Made by a program: the position numbers and the translations under genes. The notes below the pieces were generated by a model, which was given only the letters and a program-made list of their open reading frames with translations, did no database searches and was not told where the DNA came from. Shown here piece by piece: positions 52,730 through 62,660 of a DNA stretch of 64,000 nucleotides (positions are counted from its first letter, which is position 1; every line of letters starts with the position of its first letter). Source of the DNA: Coprothermobacterota bacterium (GTDB taxonomy: Bacteria; Coprothermobacterota; HKB111); NCBI GenBank assembly GCA_037440465.1, contig JBBIUB010000003.1, forward strand, positions 29,811 through 93,810, read 5' to 3'.

Positions 52730-55039
52730 TTATTTAAAATACCATTCAAAGACATTCCAGGTAGGAGGGGTGTCTGAAATACCTGAGGGTTTGAAATTTT
52801 TCAAATTTACTTTAGCTGTCGTCACGTCTAATCTGAAATATAAAGGAAGAACGGGTAAATCCTCCAGGAGGTTCTCTTCCATACGATATAACATTTTCCT
52901 CCTACCACTTTCTGTCATCTCACTGGATACATGGGTAAGAATATCGGTAACTTCTTTATTTCTATAGCCATACCAGTTATTTCCTGTGTAATTATTTTCA
53001 GGTGTAGGGATGTAATCTTCACGAAATAGGGATTCTCCCATTGAAGTAGGTCGGAAAGTCCAGGCAAACATTATCATATGTGGCCATTCCCTACGACGTG
53101 CTCTTGTGGTGAAAGCAGCTGAAGGTCTATTCTTACTTATATCCAGCTCTACTCCTATCTCTTTCCACATGAAAGCTAAAACTGCTTGCACCTTTTCTCT
53201 AAGAGAGTCACCTGCGATAGTTTCAAGGGTAAGTTGTAACCTTTTTCCCTCCTTAACCCTGATGCCATCTGGTCCAACCTTCCAACCTACTTCCTCAAGA
53301 AGGGACCGAGCTTTTACGAGGTCATAAATATACTTTTTAGCCTGAGGATTAAAAGCCCAGTGGTTAGGATGGAAAAATGTATGGGCTGCTTTTTGTTTTC
53401 CTATGAATAAGGTATTTACAATCTTTTCTCTATCGGTAGCGTGAGCCAATGCTCTTCTAACCCTAATATCCTTTAATATTGAGTCATCCATATTAAAGCC
53501 TATGTGCTCAAAGATAAATCCTTCCACAAGATAAACTTTAGTATGTTTTGGACCTCGTTCCTCCAGAACAAGTGCTTGGTCTAATCCCAGTCCAAGTGCT
53601 GCCACATCCAAGTTTTTCCCAGATATCACCCTTGCCAGAAGAGCTGTAGTATCAGGTATAAAACGGATTATTATCCCATCAAGAAGAGGTTCGCCGAAGA
53701 AAAAATAAGGGTTCTTCTCCAGAGTGATGTGAGAACCATGCCGCCAGTCTGCGACTCTATAGGGACCATATCCTGCAGGTTTTCTGGACATTACCTCATC
53801 TTTCCTGAAATAATCAGTGTTTCCAGTCTCCTTCATTTTAGAATAAGCCTTCTCAAGGATGTGTTTAGGATACATAGCCATAGAGCCGGGAAGCCAGGCA
53901 CCAGGAACCCAGAGATCCACCCTCCATTCAGGTTCTCTATAATAAACCTTAACTGTGTATCTATCAAGAATATCAAAACCCTTAACCCCGTAAGCACCCT
54001 TACCTTTTGCAAGGTCAACTTTTTCATCCAGAGGACTTTTAGTAGTGGGAACGAGAGGATCTTGAAGAACCATAAAAGCATATGCCCAGTCATCAACATC
54101 TGCCTCTTCTCCATCAGAATAACGGATACCTTCTCTAAAAGAGTAAATTACCTCCAGCTCTTTACCCTTTATCTTAATAGTTCCCTTTTCAACAGAGGGC
54201 CTATCCTTTAAAACCCCAGGATAAGGCACCCAAGCATCATCTCTTCCGACTGCTGGTGGGAAAGACCAAGTGAAATTAACCACATGCATAGCCATCATAA
54301 TTCCCACCCAGGTGTTCAGAGTATCAGGCTCAGCATTCATAGCTATCTGAACCACTCCACCCTTCTTAGGTGGATATAGGATCTGGTGGATACCATAAGC
54401 CACCTCTCCCCGTGTTGCTGGAGATAAAGGTGCCACCATTCTCCCAACCCTATAATTCAAATATTGATTTTGAGGGAAATACCCAAGAGATACCCAACCC
54501 ATCACCCACTTAGGAATCGATACTTCGTCGTTGGCAAGTGCCACAGCTTGAGTAACCTTCATCTCTTCTCTATCTAAACCTTTCGCTTTACCCAAAATTA
54601 CAGCCAACTCTGCCCTTGAGATATTCACCTCAGGTTTAAAGGTACTATCTGGATAACCCTTCATAAAACCTGCAATCTGAACTGCCACGATGTATCCATA
54701 AGCCCAATGATTCGAAGTAACATCTTTAAAAGGACTTTTCCCGAGTTTAATAGGTGTTAACTTCTTGACTTGCGCTAATAAAACCGCAGCCTCTGCTCTC
54801 GTTATAGAGTTTTCTGGTCTAAAGGTTCCATCAGGAAAACCTTTTATTAACCCATCTATATAAAGTTTGCGAATTTCAGCTTCAAAGGTATGGCCACTTA
54901 TATCCTTAAGCTCAACAACAGAAGCATCAACAACGGGGGAATAGAGAGATAAAAGAAGTAAAAAGGTCAAGGTGAGAGAGAAGAAAGTCTTTCCTATTTT
55001 AAGGATCCCCTGGACACGCCTACGGGTGCCTGTATTCAT
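52730..55039 (-). CDS. SLH-domain-fused peptide ABC transporter substrate-binding protein (family 5)
   Basis: Signal peptide, SLH motifs (GFPDGTFRPENSITRAE, GYPDSTFKPEVNISRAE), then SBP motifs (GYGPY, DIRVRRAL, LPVLPLY). Confidence 0.88.
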   Translation of the reverse strand: MNTGTRRRVQGILKIGKTFFSLTLTFLLLLSLYSPVVDASVVELKDISGHTFEAEIRKLYIDGLIKGFPDGTFRPENSITRAEAAVLLAQVKKLTPIKLGKSPFKDVTSNHWAYGYIVAVQIAGFMKGYPDSTFKPEVNISRAELAVILGKAKGLDREEMKVTQAVALANDEVSIPKWVMGWVSLGYFPQNQYLNYRVGRMVAPLSPATRGEVAYGIHQILYPPKKGGVVQIAMNAEPDTLNTWVGIMMAMHVVNFTWSFPPAVGRDDAWVPYPGVLKDRPSVEKGTIKIKGKELEVIYSFREGIRYSDGEEADVDDWAYAFMVLQDPLVPTTKSPLDEKVDLAKGKGAYGVKGFDILDRYTVKVYYREPEWRVDLWVPGAWLPGSMAMYPKHILEKAYSKMKETGNTDYFRKDEVMSRKPAGYGPYRVADWRHGSHITLEKNPYFFFGEPLLDGIIIRFIPDTTALLARVISGKNLDVAALGLGLDQALVLEERGPKHTKVYLVEGFIFEHIGFNMDDSILKDIRVRRALAHATDREKIVNTLFIGKQKAAHTFFHPNHWAFNPQAKKYIYDLVKARSLLEEVGWKVGPDGIRVKEGKRLQLTLETIAGDSLREKVQAVLAFMWKEIGVELDISKNRPSAAFTTRARRREWPHMIMFAWTFRPTSMGESLFREDYIPTPENNYTGNNWYGYRNKEVTDILTHVSSEMTESGRRKMLYRMEENLLEDLPVLPLYFRLDVTTAKVNLKNFKPSGISDTPPTWNVFEWYFK

Positions 55040-55224
55040 AAAAACCTCCTGTGTTTATAGGCTCCAGTTTCCCTTTCGAGAATACCGGGCATTATTATTT
55101 TACCCTAAGATTGACCTTCTAACAACAATAATTTTGAATTATTTTGTATGTAGCAAATGGTTGTCTGTTAAAAAATGATAAATTATATATTAAAATATAT
55201 AGGTATTAAAGCCAAATTGGAGGC

Positions 55225-55923
55225 ATGATGAAAAAACAAAAAATTAAAAAACCTATAATTGAAGAAAATAAAGAAAATAAAAAAAGCATTTTAACTATAA
55301 CATTAATAATTATTATCATAATATCCCTTTCTTTGAACATTTATTTAATCTTAAAAGCTAATAGATTAAATAATGAGCTAAATTATTTAAAACAGGAAAT
55401 TTCAACCCTAAAAGAACCTGAGGAGGAAAAAATGACAGAAACTAATAATAATCCAAAAATAATTATGGAAACTACCAAAGGAACAATTACCCTTGAACTT
55501 TATCCTGATTTAGCTCCTAAAACCGTGGAAAACTTTCTGAAAAAAGTAAAAGAAGGAAGTTATGATGGGTTGGCTTTTCACCGAATAATGAAAGGATTTA
55601 TGATTCAGGGAGGTGACCCAAAGGGAGATGGTACCGGGGGAAACCTCCTTCCTTTTGAAGGTTCAACTCTTAAACATACTCCTGGAGTAATTTCCATGGC
55701 TGCTACTCAAGGTGGTAAAAACCAATCAGACTGGCAATTTTTCATAATGCACGGCATATCTCCCCACCTGGATGGTCTTTATTCCGCCTTTGGTAAGGTT
55801 ATTGAGGGTATGGAAGTGGTGGATTTAATCGCTAATACTCCAGTTAAGGCCAGTCCTACGGGAGAAAATTCCTCACCAGTGGAGAGTATAAAAATCCTTA
55901 AAATGACGGAGGTTAAGCTGTAA
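55225..55923 (+). CDS. Cyclophilin-type peptidyl-prolyl isomerase with N-terminal membrane anchor
   Basis: APKTVENF, FHRIMKGFMIQGGDP, ISMA, QFFI, HLDGLYSAFGKV; N-terminal TM helix and coiled coil. Confidence 0.92.
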   Translation: MMKKQKIKKPIIEENKENKKSILTITLIIIIIISLSLNIYLILKANRLNNELNYLKQEISTLKEPEEEKMTETNNNPKIIMETTKGTITLELYPDLAPKTVENFLKKVKEGSYDGLAFHRIMKGFMIQGGDPKGDGTGGNLLPFEGSTLKHTPGVISMAATQGGKNQSDWQFFIMHGISPHLDGLYSAFGKVIEGMEVVDLIANTPVKASPTGENSSPVESIKILKMTEVKL

Positions 55924-55937
55924 TAACCTTATTTTAA

Positions 55938-56690
55938 CTACTCTTCCCTCCACTTAGCCTTATTTAAAGCCAGAAGGGTGAAAAGTATTGTACTGATAAT
56001 AAGAATACTCCAGTGTATAAGAGCACTTCTTCCATCTAAGGCAGTCATACTCATATAACCCCTTATCAGACTGGCAGCATTAGAAGTTGGTATATACATG
56101 GCAATAAAGCTGTAACTCCCAAGAATCTCTTTAGGATAATAAACTGGAGGAATGAAAACCAGTAATATGCCAAGAAGGTTAGAGACCCCACCTATAGTTG
56201 CTGGTGTAGCTTTAGAAAAGAAAGTGGCAATAGTAAAGCCTATAGAAGAGAGGGATGCCCAGCAAAGAATAAGAGATATTAAAACCAGTGGTAAAACTTG
56301 AAGAGTGAGACTCCCTCTATCCAAAAGTATAACGATAAAGAGCAATATTCCCGGAAGAGATGAAAGAAGAGAACCAAGCGCTACTCCAAAGGCATAAGAT
56401 ATAGGGCTTACTGGCATAGAGACCATCATCTCTCTTAACTTAACATACCTATCAAAGAGTATATCCTGAAGAATTGAGTTAACGCTTATAAAACCAAGCA
56501 TAGCCACTAAAGCCCCTACCATAGCCTGAGGAATCTTTCCTGTTCCACCACCCATTGTAACCATAAGAAAAATAGGTACAATACCGATGAATGAGACCAA
56601 TACAAGCTGAATAAAAGGGTTGGTCTTGAATGGTGGGTAAAATTTCATCCAGCCAATAATAAATATGTCTTTAATGATTTTCATTTTCAA
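55938..56690 (-). CDS. ABC-2 type exporter permease
   Basis: About six TM helices, PPVYYP motif; overlaps the ABC ATPase gene. Confidence 0.8.
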   Translation of the reverse strand: MKMKIIKDIFIIGWMKFYPPFKTNPFIQLVLVSFIGIVPIFLMVTMGGGTGKIPQAMVGALVAMLGFISVNSILQDILFDRYVKLREMMVSMPVSPISYAFGVALGSLLSSLPGILLFIVILLDRGSLTLQVLPLVLISLILCWASLSSIGFTIATFFSKATPATIGGVSNLLGILLVFIPPVYYPKEILGSYSFIAMYIPTSNAASLIRGYMSMTALDGRSALIHWSILIISTILFTLLALNKAKWREE

Positions 56691-57564
56691 AACCTCCTAC
56701 AAGCTTAATGAAAACATCTTCTAAGTTGACAGGGGCAATTTCTGCCTTTAATCCTGTTGACATTGCCTCGTGAAGTATGAGAAGAGCTTCCTCCTCACTT
56801 TTTGTATAAAAGATGTTTCTGTCTCCCATAGTTGTGCCTTCTCTACCAGGAAGAATTCCTCTTACTACTACTCTATATTTTTCCTCAACCAAACCTTTCA
56901 CCTCGTCTAAAGCACCTTCAGCTACTTTTATACCGTGATTGACTATTGCCAGCCTATCAGAAGCCATCTCCGCTTCTTCCATGTTATGGGTAGTAAGAAT
57001 AATGGTCTTTCCCTCTTTAACCAGCTCTCTTAGAGCTGCCCAAACTTTTCTTCTACTTACCGCATCCAGACCACTGGTTGGTTCATCCAGCATAAGGAGG
57101 TCAACATCTGAAGCTAATACACTGGCTATAATAACCCTTCTCCTTTCTCCTCCTGATAGAGTTGCGCAGGCCCTTTTTCGTAAATCCCAGAGTTCTACAG
57201 TCTTTAAGGCTTTTTTAGCTAACTCTCCAGCTTTCCTGAAATTTGTTCCTCTTAAAATAGGGAAATAGTAAGCATAGTCGAATGGGGTATAGTATCCATA
57301 GGTTAATACATCTTGAGGAACCACTGCTATTCGTTCTCTTACTCTGCCGGGATTTCTAACTACATCCTCTCCAAAAACAAAAGTTTTACCACCAGTAGGC
57401 AAAAGCTGAGTAGCGGCAATGCGCAAAAGGGTTGTTTTCCCTGCTCCATTAGGGCCCAATAGTGTAAAAAGTTCACCTTTCTTTATGGATAAGTCAATTC
57501 CCTTCAGGGCTTCCACCCCTTTAGGATATTTCTTAACCAGACCTTCAGTAAAAACAGCTTCCAT
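56671..57564 (-). CDS. ABC exporter ATP-binding protein (DrrA-like)
   Basis: GPNGAGKTT, LSGGE, LDEPTSGLD, TTHNMEEAE, LEDVF. Confidence 0.92.
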   Translation of the reverse strand: MEAVFTEGLVKKYPKGVEALKGIDLSIKKGELFTLLGPNGAGKTTLLRIAATQLLPTGGKTFVFGEDVVRNPGRVRERIAVVPQDVLTYGYYTPFDYAYYFPILRGTNFRKAGELAKKALKTVELWDLRKRACATLSGGERRRVIIASVLASDVDLLMLDEPTSGLDAVSRRKVWAALRELVKEGKTIILTTHNMEEAEMASDRLAIVNHGIKVAEGALDEVKGLVEEKYRVVVRGILPGREGTTMGDRNIFYTKSEEEALLILHEAMSTGLKAEIAPVNLEDVFIKLVGGFENENH

Positions 57565-57588
57565 TTTTCCTCCACAAATATTAACAAT

Positions 57589-57646
57589 TTTATATATTAT
57601 GTATAAATTATTAATATATTATATAAACATATTTCATTTTTGTCAA
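57589..57646 (-). promoter_or_regulatory. Sigma70 promoter of the ABC exporter with a downstream palindrome
   Basis: Minus-strand TTGACA (57646-57641)-N17-TATAAT (57623-57618); imperfect palindrome TTTATATATTATGTATAAA at 57589-57607. Confidence 0.65.
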
Positions 57647-57734
57647 TAGTTTTATAAATATATTAAGATGGAATTAAAATGAAAAAATAGATGACTCTGC
57701 ATCTTTTCTGATTCTCTTGGAATAAAGATATAAT

Positions 57735-58697
57735 CTACTTCTTTTTCCTAACTCCTATTAAAAAGGCTCTAATTAAAAACAAAATAAACAGAGTAAAAAC
57801 TAATGAAGCAATCCCAAATAATAAATAAATACTGGTAGCAGACTTTTCTACATCTTCTGATTCTTGTTCCGTAACTTGTACTGCAAAGCTCTCGGTTCTT
57901 CTTGAAAGTAAGTTTCCTTCCATATCTGTCAAGGTCGCTTCAAGGTAATAATAACCTGGCTTTGTATCTCCGCTTTCCCACTCGGTATTGTAGGAAGCGT
58001 CCCCTGTAAGATGGGTGAGGGATTTCAAGGGTAGACCATCAATATATTTATCTGAACCATATTGCCTGATAAAAAAATTAGCTACCACATCTTGAGCAAC
58101 ACCAATGTTGTTTAATCTTATATCTATAACAATCTTCTCTCCGGGTTTATAGGTAGCTTTATTTAAATTCAAACTGGTTATAGATACTTTAGTGGAAATA
58201 TAACTTATTTCAAATTCATAATTTCTATAAAACTTAATTTCTGTAGTATCAGGGTAGTAATAAAAGGGGTACATATTTATAACCAGAGTGGTGCTATCAT
58301 CAGGGTTTTCCCAGACTTGCCAGTCGTATTCTTTCTCAGGATACCAGCCTTTTATCATTTCCACAATAGGTAAGGGTGGTGGATTTAACACTACCACCGG
58401 TAACCTTAAACCAGATTCTCTTCTTAAGCCTGCCTTTTCCTTCAAAATAACATCTTGAACGCGAAAGCCTTTCGGATAATCAATAGAGATAACATGATAA
58501 GGAACCAATGGTCTACCTTCTTCTTCTGATAATATCTCTCCCCCGGGAATCTCTACATAATCTAAATTTTCAACTGTTGTCACTGTATAATCAGGAATTT
58601 CTATCCTGATAGATGAAGGTGGCTTATCAGCACCAGCAGTATTTGAAATAAATAATAAAAGTATGATAATAAAACTCTGAACAAAGCATTTCTTCAT
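57735..58697 (-). CDS. Stand-alone peptidase C25 propeptide-like protein with signal peptide and C-terminal membrane anchor
   Basis: Signal peptide; EGRPLVP...IDYPKG, GWYPEK and INMYPFYYYP...FEISY resemble Propeptide_C25; Ig-like domain; TM helix plus RKKK tail. Confidence 0.7.
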   Translation of the reverse strand: MKKCFVQSFIIILLLFISNTAGADKPPSSIRIEIPDYTVTTVENLDYVEIPGGEILSEEEGRPLVPYHVISIDYPKGFRVQDVILKEKAGLRRESGLRLPVVVLNPPPLPIVEMIKGWYPEKEYDWQVWENPDDSTTLVINMYPFYYYPDTTEIKFYRNYEFEISYISTKVSITSLNLNKATYKPGEKIVIDIRLNNIGVAQDVVANFFIRQYGSDKYIDGLPLKSLTHLTGDASYNTEWESGDTKPGYYYLEATLTDMEGNLLSRRTESFAVQVTEQESEDVEKSATSIYLLFGIASLVFTLFILFLIRAFLIGVRKKK

Positions 58698-58700
58698 TTT

Positions 58701-61700
58701 TTAATCTCTTACTCTAATCTTTGGATCACCATACAGGTTATATGCATGGCAGATAAACCGCCACTTTATATCACCGGTTCTGGATTTATCCCGCTTAAAT
58801 CTTGTTAGTGCTTCACTAATTGATATATCAGGAGAGAAATAATCCCTGAAGAAAACCCTGGAAATCTCTTCACCCTTTGAGCCAAACGTTACTTCTGTAG
58901 AGCCAACATAAACAGCGACCCCCTTATCAAAAAATGTTCGAGGAAGAGTGTATGTTGTTTCCCCATTGTATCTCCCCGTGAGACAAGCAATGGATATTAT
59001 GGAGGGATTTGAATTGAAACTCATAGATTCTATATCTCTTAAACCTATGGCATAACCCCATAATTGTTGACTACCATGACCAATATAAACCCAAATATCC
59101 ATAGCAGTTGCTAACCTCAGCAGAGTCCTATCAAAAACATCCATACTGCCAAGATAATCTTTTACATGGATGGTATCAACCTCTACTTCTTTTTCTCTAA
59201 GGTCCCTGGTAATACCTTCAGCCATTCGTGCAAACTTCTCAAGGCTATGAGAACCCTCTTTATCACTTGTAACCACTCCTTTTAATGTATAATCTGTCTC
59301 TAAGCCAGTCTTAAAGGAATTAATTAGATTGCTGACATTTCTACCGATAATCCTACCAACTTGGATATCAGGTAATCCATCATTTCCAAATATATCTGCA
59401 TAAGGAAAGTCAGTCATACGAACAACATCGTAAGTTCCCTGTTTCGTTCTTATGTTAAATCCAGAAATATCAAATGAAGGGACTATTTTATCTTCGCCTA
59501 CGATGAGAAAATAGCCATTTCCCACCCATCCTGAATTCAATAATTGGCTCCAATCTCCTCCATTTTTTATTAAATTTTTAAGACCTTCATTACCAGTAGC
59601 AGAAGAAACAAAACCCAGAACTCCCATCTTCTCTTTAGCCAATACAGCCATTTTTGAAAGTAATTCCACAACTTCTCCTGCTTCATCGCTTAAACCTAAT
59701 TTATAGGGACAAGTAACAATAAGATAATCAGCAGCACGGAATGAATTAGTTAACCCATCAGAACTACTCCAGTTCAAAGAAGGGTTATAAGAGTATTCTC
59801 TACTGTTACTCTTAAATGATATTGTTGTATCAGAACCTATTCTATGTGAGATGGAACCCCACGTAGGGTCAATTAGTATGGGTACTACATAATACTTTAA
59901 TGTTTTCATCTCTCCTCGCCCAAGTACTCCAAGAGAAACACGCATAGTATTTTGCCAATGCCTTCTATGATGTTTGGTAATTGTAGCCTCAATTGATAAC
60001 CAGTATAATCCCTCGCCTCTACGCCAGAAAACCTCTTTAATACATTGATATCCTATATTAGTGTCAGATATGGTTAAATCCATAATATCAAGTTCTCCGT
60101 CATTGTGCATTATGAGTTTAATTTCAAAGTAGTTGTTAATTCTTCTAACTTCTCTTATAACACTTATTGAGGGAGCTGGTGGTTCTACAACACTTATTAT
60201 TGAACTAGCAGTACCCCAGGTACCAAATTCATCTTGTACGCGAACAGCAATGACATGACGACCTAAGGTAGATTCACGGGCATCCCACCGATGGTTTATT
60301 ATAAAGTACGGGCTTAATATAGGGTTAAATGTGAAAGGAGGGTCATATACCTCCGATTTAATAACTGTTTCATCAACTTTAAACTCAACACGACTAATTC
60401 TATAGTTTAAATCATGACTAATTTCCGCTGAGATTCCCACCATGCCATATACCTCACTTCTATTAGCGGGGGTTAAAATTCTCACCTTAACCGGGGATAA
60501 ATTAGCTGAAAAAGTATGACGAATATGTCTAACTTTCATTTCTTCAGTTATATTCCCGGCATAGTCAACAGCCCAGGCACTGAACGAATGAGGTCCTTCG
60601 TCAGAATTTCTTGTATCAAGTTCCCACTCGTACGGTGAAGAATAATCAGTATAAGACAAAAGATTTTCTTTAAGATAAGCTGAAAAAACAACCCTCTTTA
60701 TTCCTGTGTTATCTTTAACATCAGCAGTAATTTTAACTACCCCTGATAATATATAAGAGAGTCTTAAAGAAAGTGAAGGTTTTTCTTTATCTTCAAGATG
60801 TTCTGTTTGAAAGTTCTTTATCTTGCTTCTTACCTGATTTCCTTCTGCATCTCTGGATTCTACATAGAATTGGTAAATAGTCCCAGGATTTAGTTTAGAG
60901 AGTAAGATACTGCGTTTCTTCATCATAACTAAATCTTGCTGAGTGTACTCAAATTTACCTGCCTTAATTCCATAATATACTTTACTATCACTATCTTCAT
61001 CTGTTTCCCAGTTTATGATCACTGAATCTGGAAATAATCTAAGAACATAAGGACCGGAGATAATTTTAAGCGAAGAAACTTTTACTTCTTCTTTCTCCTC
61101 TTTCACAAACCAAACTTTATAAGCAGTTGAAGTGAGGTTATCCACCACAGCAGTAATGGTGTCATCTCCAGCCTTTGACCCATTGTAGATAAAGACCGCT
61201 TGGCCATTACCATCAGTGATAACAGTCCCACTGGTTGGGTTAGCACCTGTTACAGTAAAGAGGACTTTGACTCCAGACATAGGTTTGCTATTTGTATCCA
61301 GCACGGTAGCCACTACCCTGTGGTCTGTGGAGACTGGATTCTCAGATTTCTCTGGTGTAAGTTCAATACTTCCAGGTACGAGTGGAACAGGTTTTACTGT
61401 TGCAGGTTTAACAGTGAAGCCACCTTTAAGGGTACCAGTCTGTTTATCAGGGTTGGTAACTATTATGTCCCTGGCTCCAGGAGGGGCATTCTTAGCAATG
61501 GTTATTCTGACCTTTAACTCTGTGGTAGCTACAAACCTTACTGAGACTATGCTGATTCCAGCAGTAGGAGAGAAAGATATCTTAGCTCCATCAACAAAGT
61601 CTTTGCCAAAGATAGTCAGTTCTAAGATCTGACCCTGTTCACCTCCTAAAGGCTTGATAGCGGTAATTGCAGGAGGTGGAGCAGGTTTAGGTTCAACCTT

Positions 61701-62660
61701 AACATACCACTTCTTGAAAGCAACTGAAGTAAGTGTATCCACAGTAGCAGTAATGGTGTCATCTCCAGCCTTTGACCCATTGTAGATAAAGACCGCTTGG
61801 CCATTACCATCAGTGATAACAGTCCCACTGGTTGGGTTAGCACCTGTTACAGTAAAGAGGACTTTGACTCCAGACATAGGTTTGCTATTTGTATCCAGCA
61901 CGGTAGCCACTACCCTGTGGTCTGTGGAGACTGGATTCTCTGCCTTATCAGGAGTGAGCTTGATACTTCCCGGTACTGGTGGCTTAACATACCAAACCTT
62001 GGAAGCGGTAGCGGTTAAGAAAGCAGGGAGCATACCACCTAATGCCACCATAGCAGTGATGGTATCGTTTCCAGGCCTACCACCAGTGTATGCGAAAATA
62101 GCTTGACCATTATGGTCTGTGATAGCTGAGCTATTTGTAGGGTTAACACCGGTTACTTCAAAAAGGACTTTAGCTCCAGATAAAGGCTTACCAGTGGTAT
62201 CCAATACTGTGGCTACAACTTTATGGATGGTGTCAACAAAGTTCTCTGATTTTTCGGGTGTAAGTTTAATACTTCCCGGTGAAGGTTGGGTTGCCTTGAT
62301 GGTAAATCCACCTTTAAAGGTTACACTTAACTGGTCAGGGTTGATGACCATCACATCCCTGGATCCAATGGGAGCATCTTTGCTAATTCTGATGTTTATC
62401 CTGAGTTCTCCTGTGCTGATGAATGTAATTGAAAATAGTGTAATGCCTGTATCAGGGATAAAATAAACCACAGATTTAAGAGCAAATCCCTTACCTGAAA
62501 TGGTCAAGTTTAACTCTGTGTCCTGTAATCCCTCTGAAGGGATGATTCTATCTATGGAAGGAGGAGAAGTTTGGGAAACAGAAGAAAAAGCAAAGACATT
62601 AACCCAGGAAATGGCTAATATCAAAGCACACAGCAGATATTTTATTGTACATCTATACAT
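58701..62660 (-). CDS. Secreted multidomain protein with a C-terminal gingipain-like C25 cysteine peptidase
   Basis: Signal peptide, two IPT/TIG-like and three Big_1-like repeats, FN3- and Ig-like domains, then C25 motifs (DYLIVT, LIVGE, TDFPYAD...PDIQVGRI, GHGS, ACLTG, YNLYGDP). Confidence 0.85.
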   Translation of the reverse strand: MYRCTIKYLLCALILAISWVNVFAFSSVSQTSPPSIDRIIPSEGLQDTELNLTISGKGFALKSVVYFIPDTGITLFSITFISTGELRINIRISKDAPIGSRDVMVINPDQLSVTFKGGFTIKATQPSPGSIKLTPEKSENFVDTIHKVVATVLDTTGKPLSGAKVLFEVTGVNPTNSSAITDHNGQAIFAYTGGRPGNDTITAMVALGGMLPAFLTATASKVWYVKPPVPGSIKLTPDKAENPVSTDHRVVATVLDTNSKPMSGVKVLFTVTGANPTSGTVITDGNGQAVFIYNGSKAGDDTITATVDTLTSVAFKKWYVKVEPKPAPPPAITAIKPLGGEQGQILELTIFGKDFVDGAKISFSPTAGISIVSVRFVATTELKVRITIAKNAPPGARDIIVTNPDKQTGTLKGGFTVKPATVKPVPLVPGSIELTPEKSENPVSTDHRVVATVLDTNSKPMSGVKVLFTVTGANPTSGTVITDGNGQAVFIYNGSKAGDDTITAVVDNLTSTAYKVWFVKEEKEEVKVSSLKIISGPYVLRLFPDSVIINWETDEDSDSKVYYGIKAGKFEYTQQDLVMMKKRSILLSKLNPGTIYQFYVESRDAEGNQVRSKIKNFQTEHLEDKEKPSLSLRLSYILSGVVKITADVKDNTGIKRVVFSAYLKENLLSYTDYSSPYEWELDTRNSDEGPHSFSAWAVDYAGNITEEMKVRHIRHTFSANLSPVKVRILTPANRSEVYGMVGISAEISHDLNYRISRVEFKVDETVIKSEVYDPPFTFNPILSPYFIINHRWDARESTLGRHVIAVRVQDEFGTWGTASSIISVVEPPAPSISVIREVRRINNYFEIKLIMHNDGELDIMDLTISDTNIGYQCIKEVFWRRGEGLYWLSIEATITKHHRRHWQNTMRVSLGVLGRGEMKTLKYYVVPILIDPTWGSISHRIGSDTTISFKSNSREYSYNPSLNWSSSDGLTNSFRAADYLIVTCPYKLGLSDEAGEVVELLSKMAVLAKEKMGVLGFVSSATGNEGLKNLIKNGGDWSQLLNSGWVGNGYFLIVGEDKIVPSFDISGFNIRTKQGTYDVVRMTDFPYADIFGNDGLPDIQVGRIIGRNVSNLINSFKTGLETDYTLKGVVTSDKEGSHSLEKFARMAEGITRDLREKEVEVDTIHVKDYLGSMDVFDRTLLRLATAMDIWVYIGHGSQQLWGYAIGLRDIESMSFNSNPSIISIACLTGRYNGETTYTLPRTFFDKGVAVYVGSTEVTFGSKGEEISRVFFRDYFSPDISISEALTRFKRDKSRTGDIKWRFICHAYNLYGDPKIRVRD
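61149..61940. repeat. Perfect 195-bp intragenic direct repeat (61149-61343 and 61746-61940)
   Basis: Base-by-base identical copies 597 bp apart, encoding two Big_1-like domains. Confidence 0.92.

Noticed and set aside
61149..61940. Possible diversity-generating retroelement TR/VR pair
   Set aside because: The copies are identical with no adenine-specific mismatches, both are in-frame domain repeats, and no reverse transcriptase is present.
61200..62466. Plus-strand ORFs, including a duplicated MAITISDN ORF
   Set aside because: They are antisense shadows of the repeated Ig-like domains.
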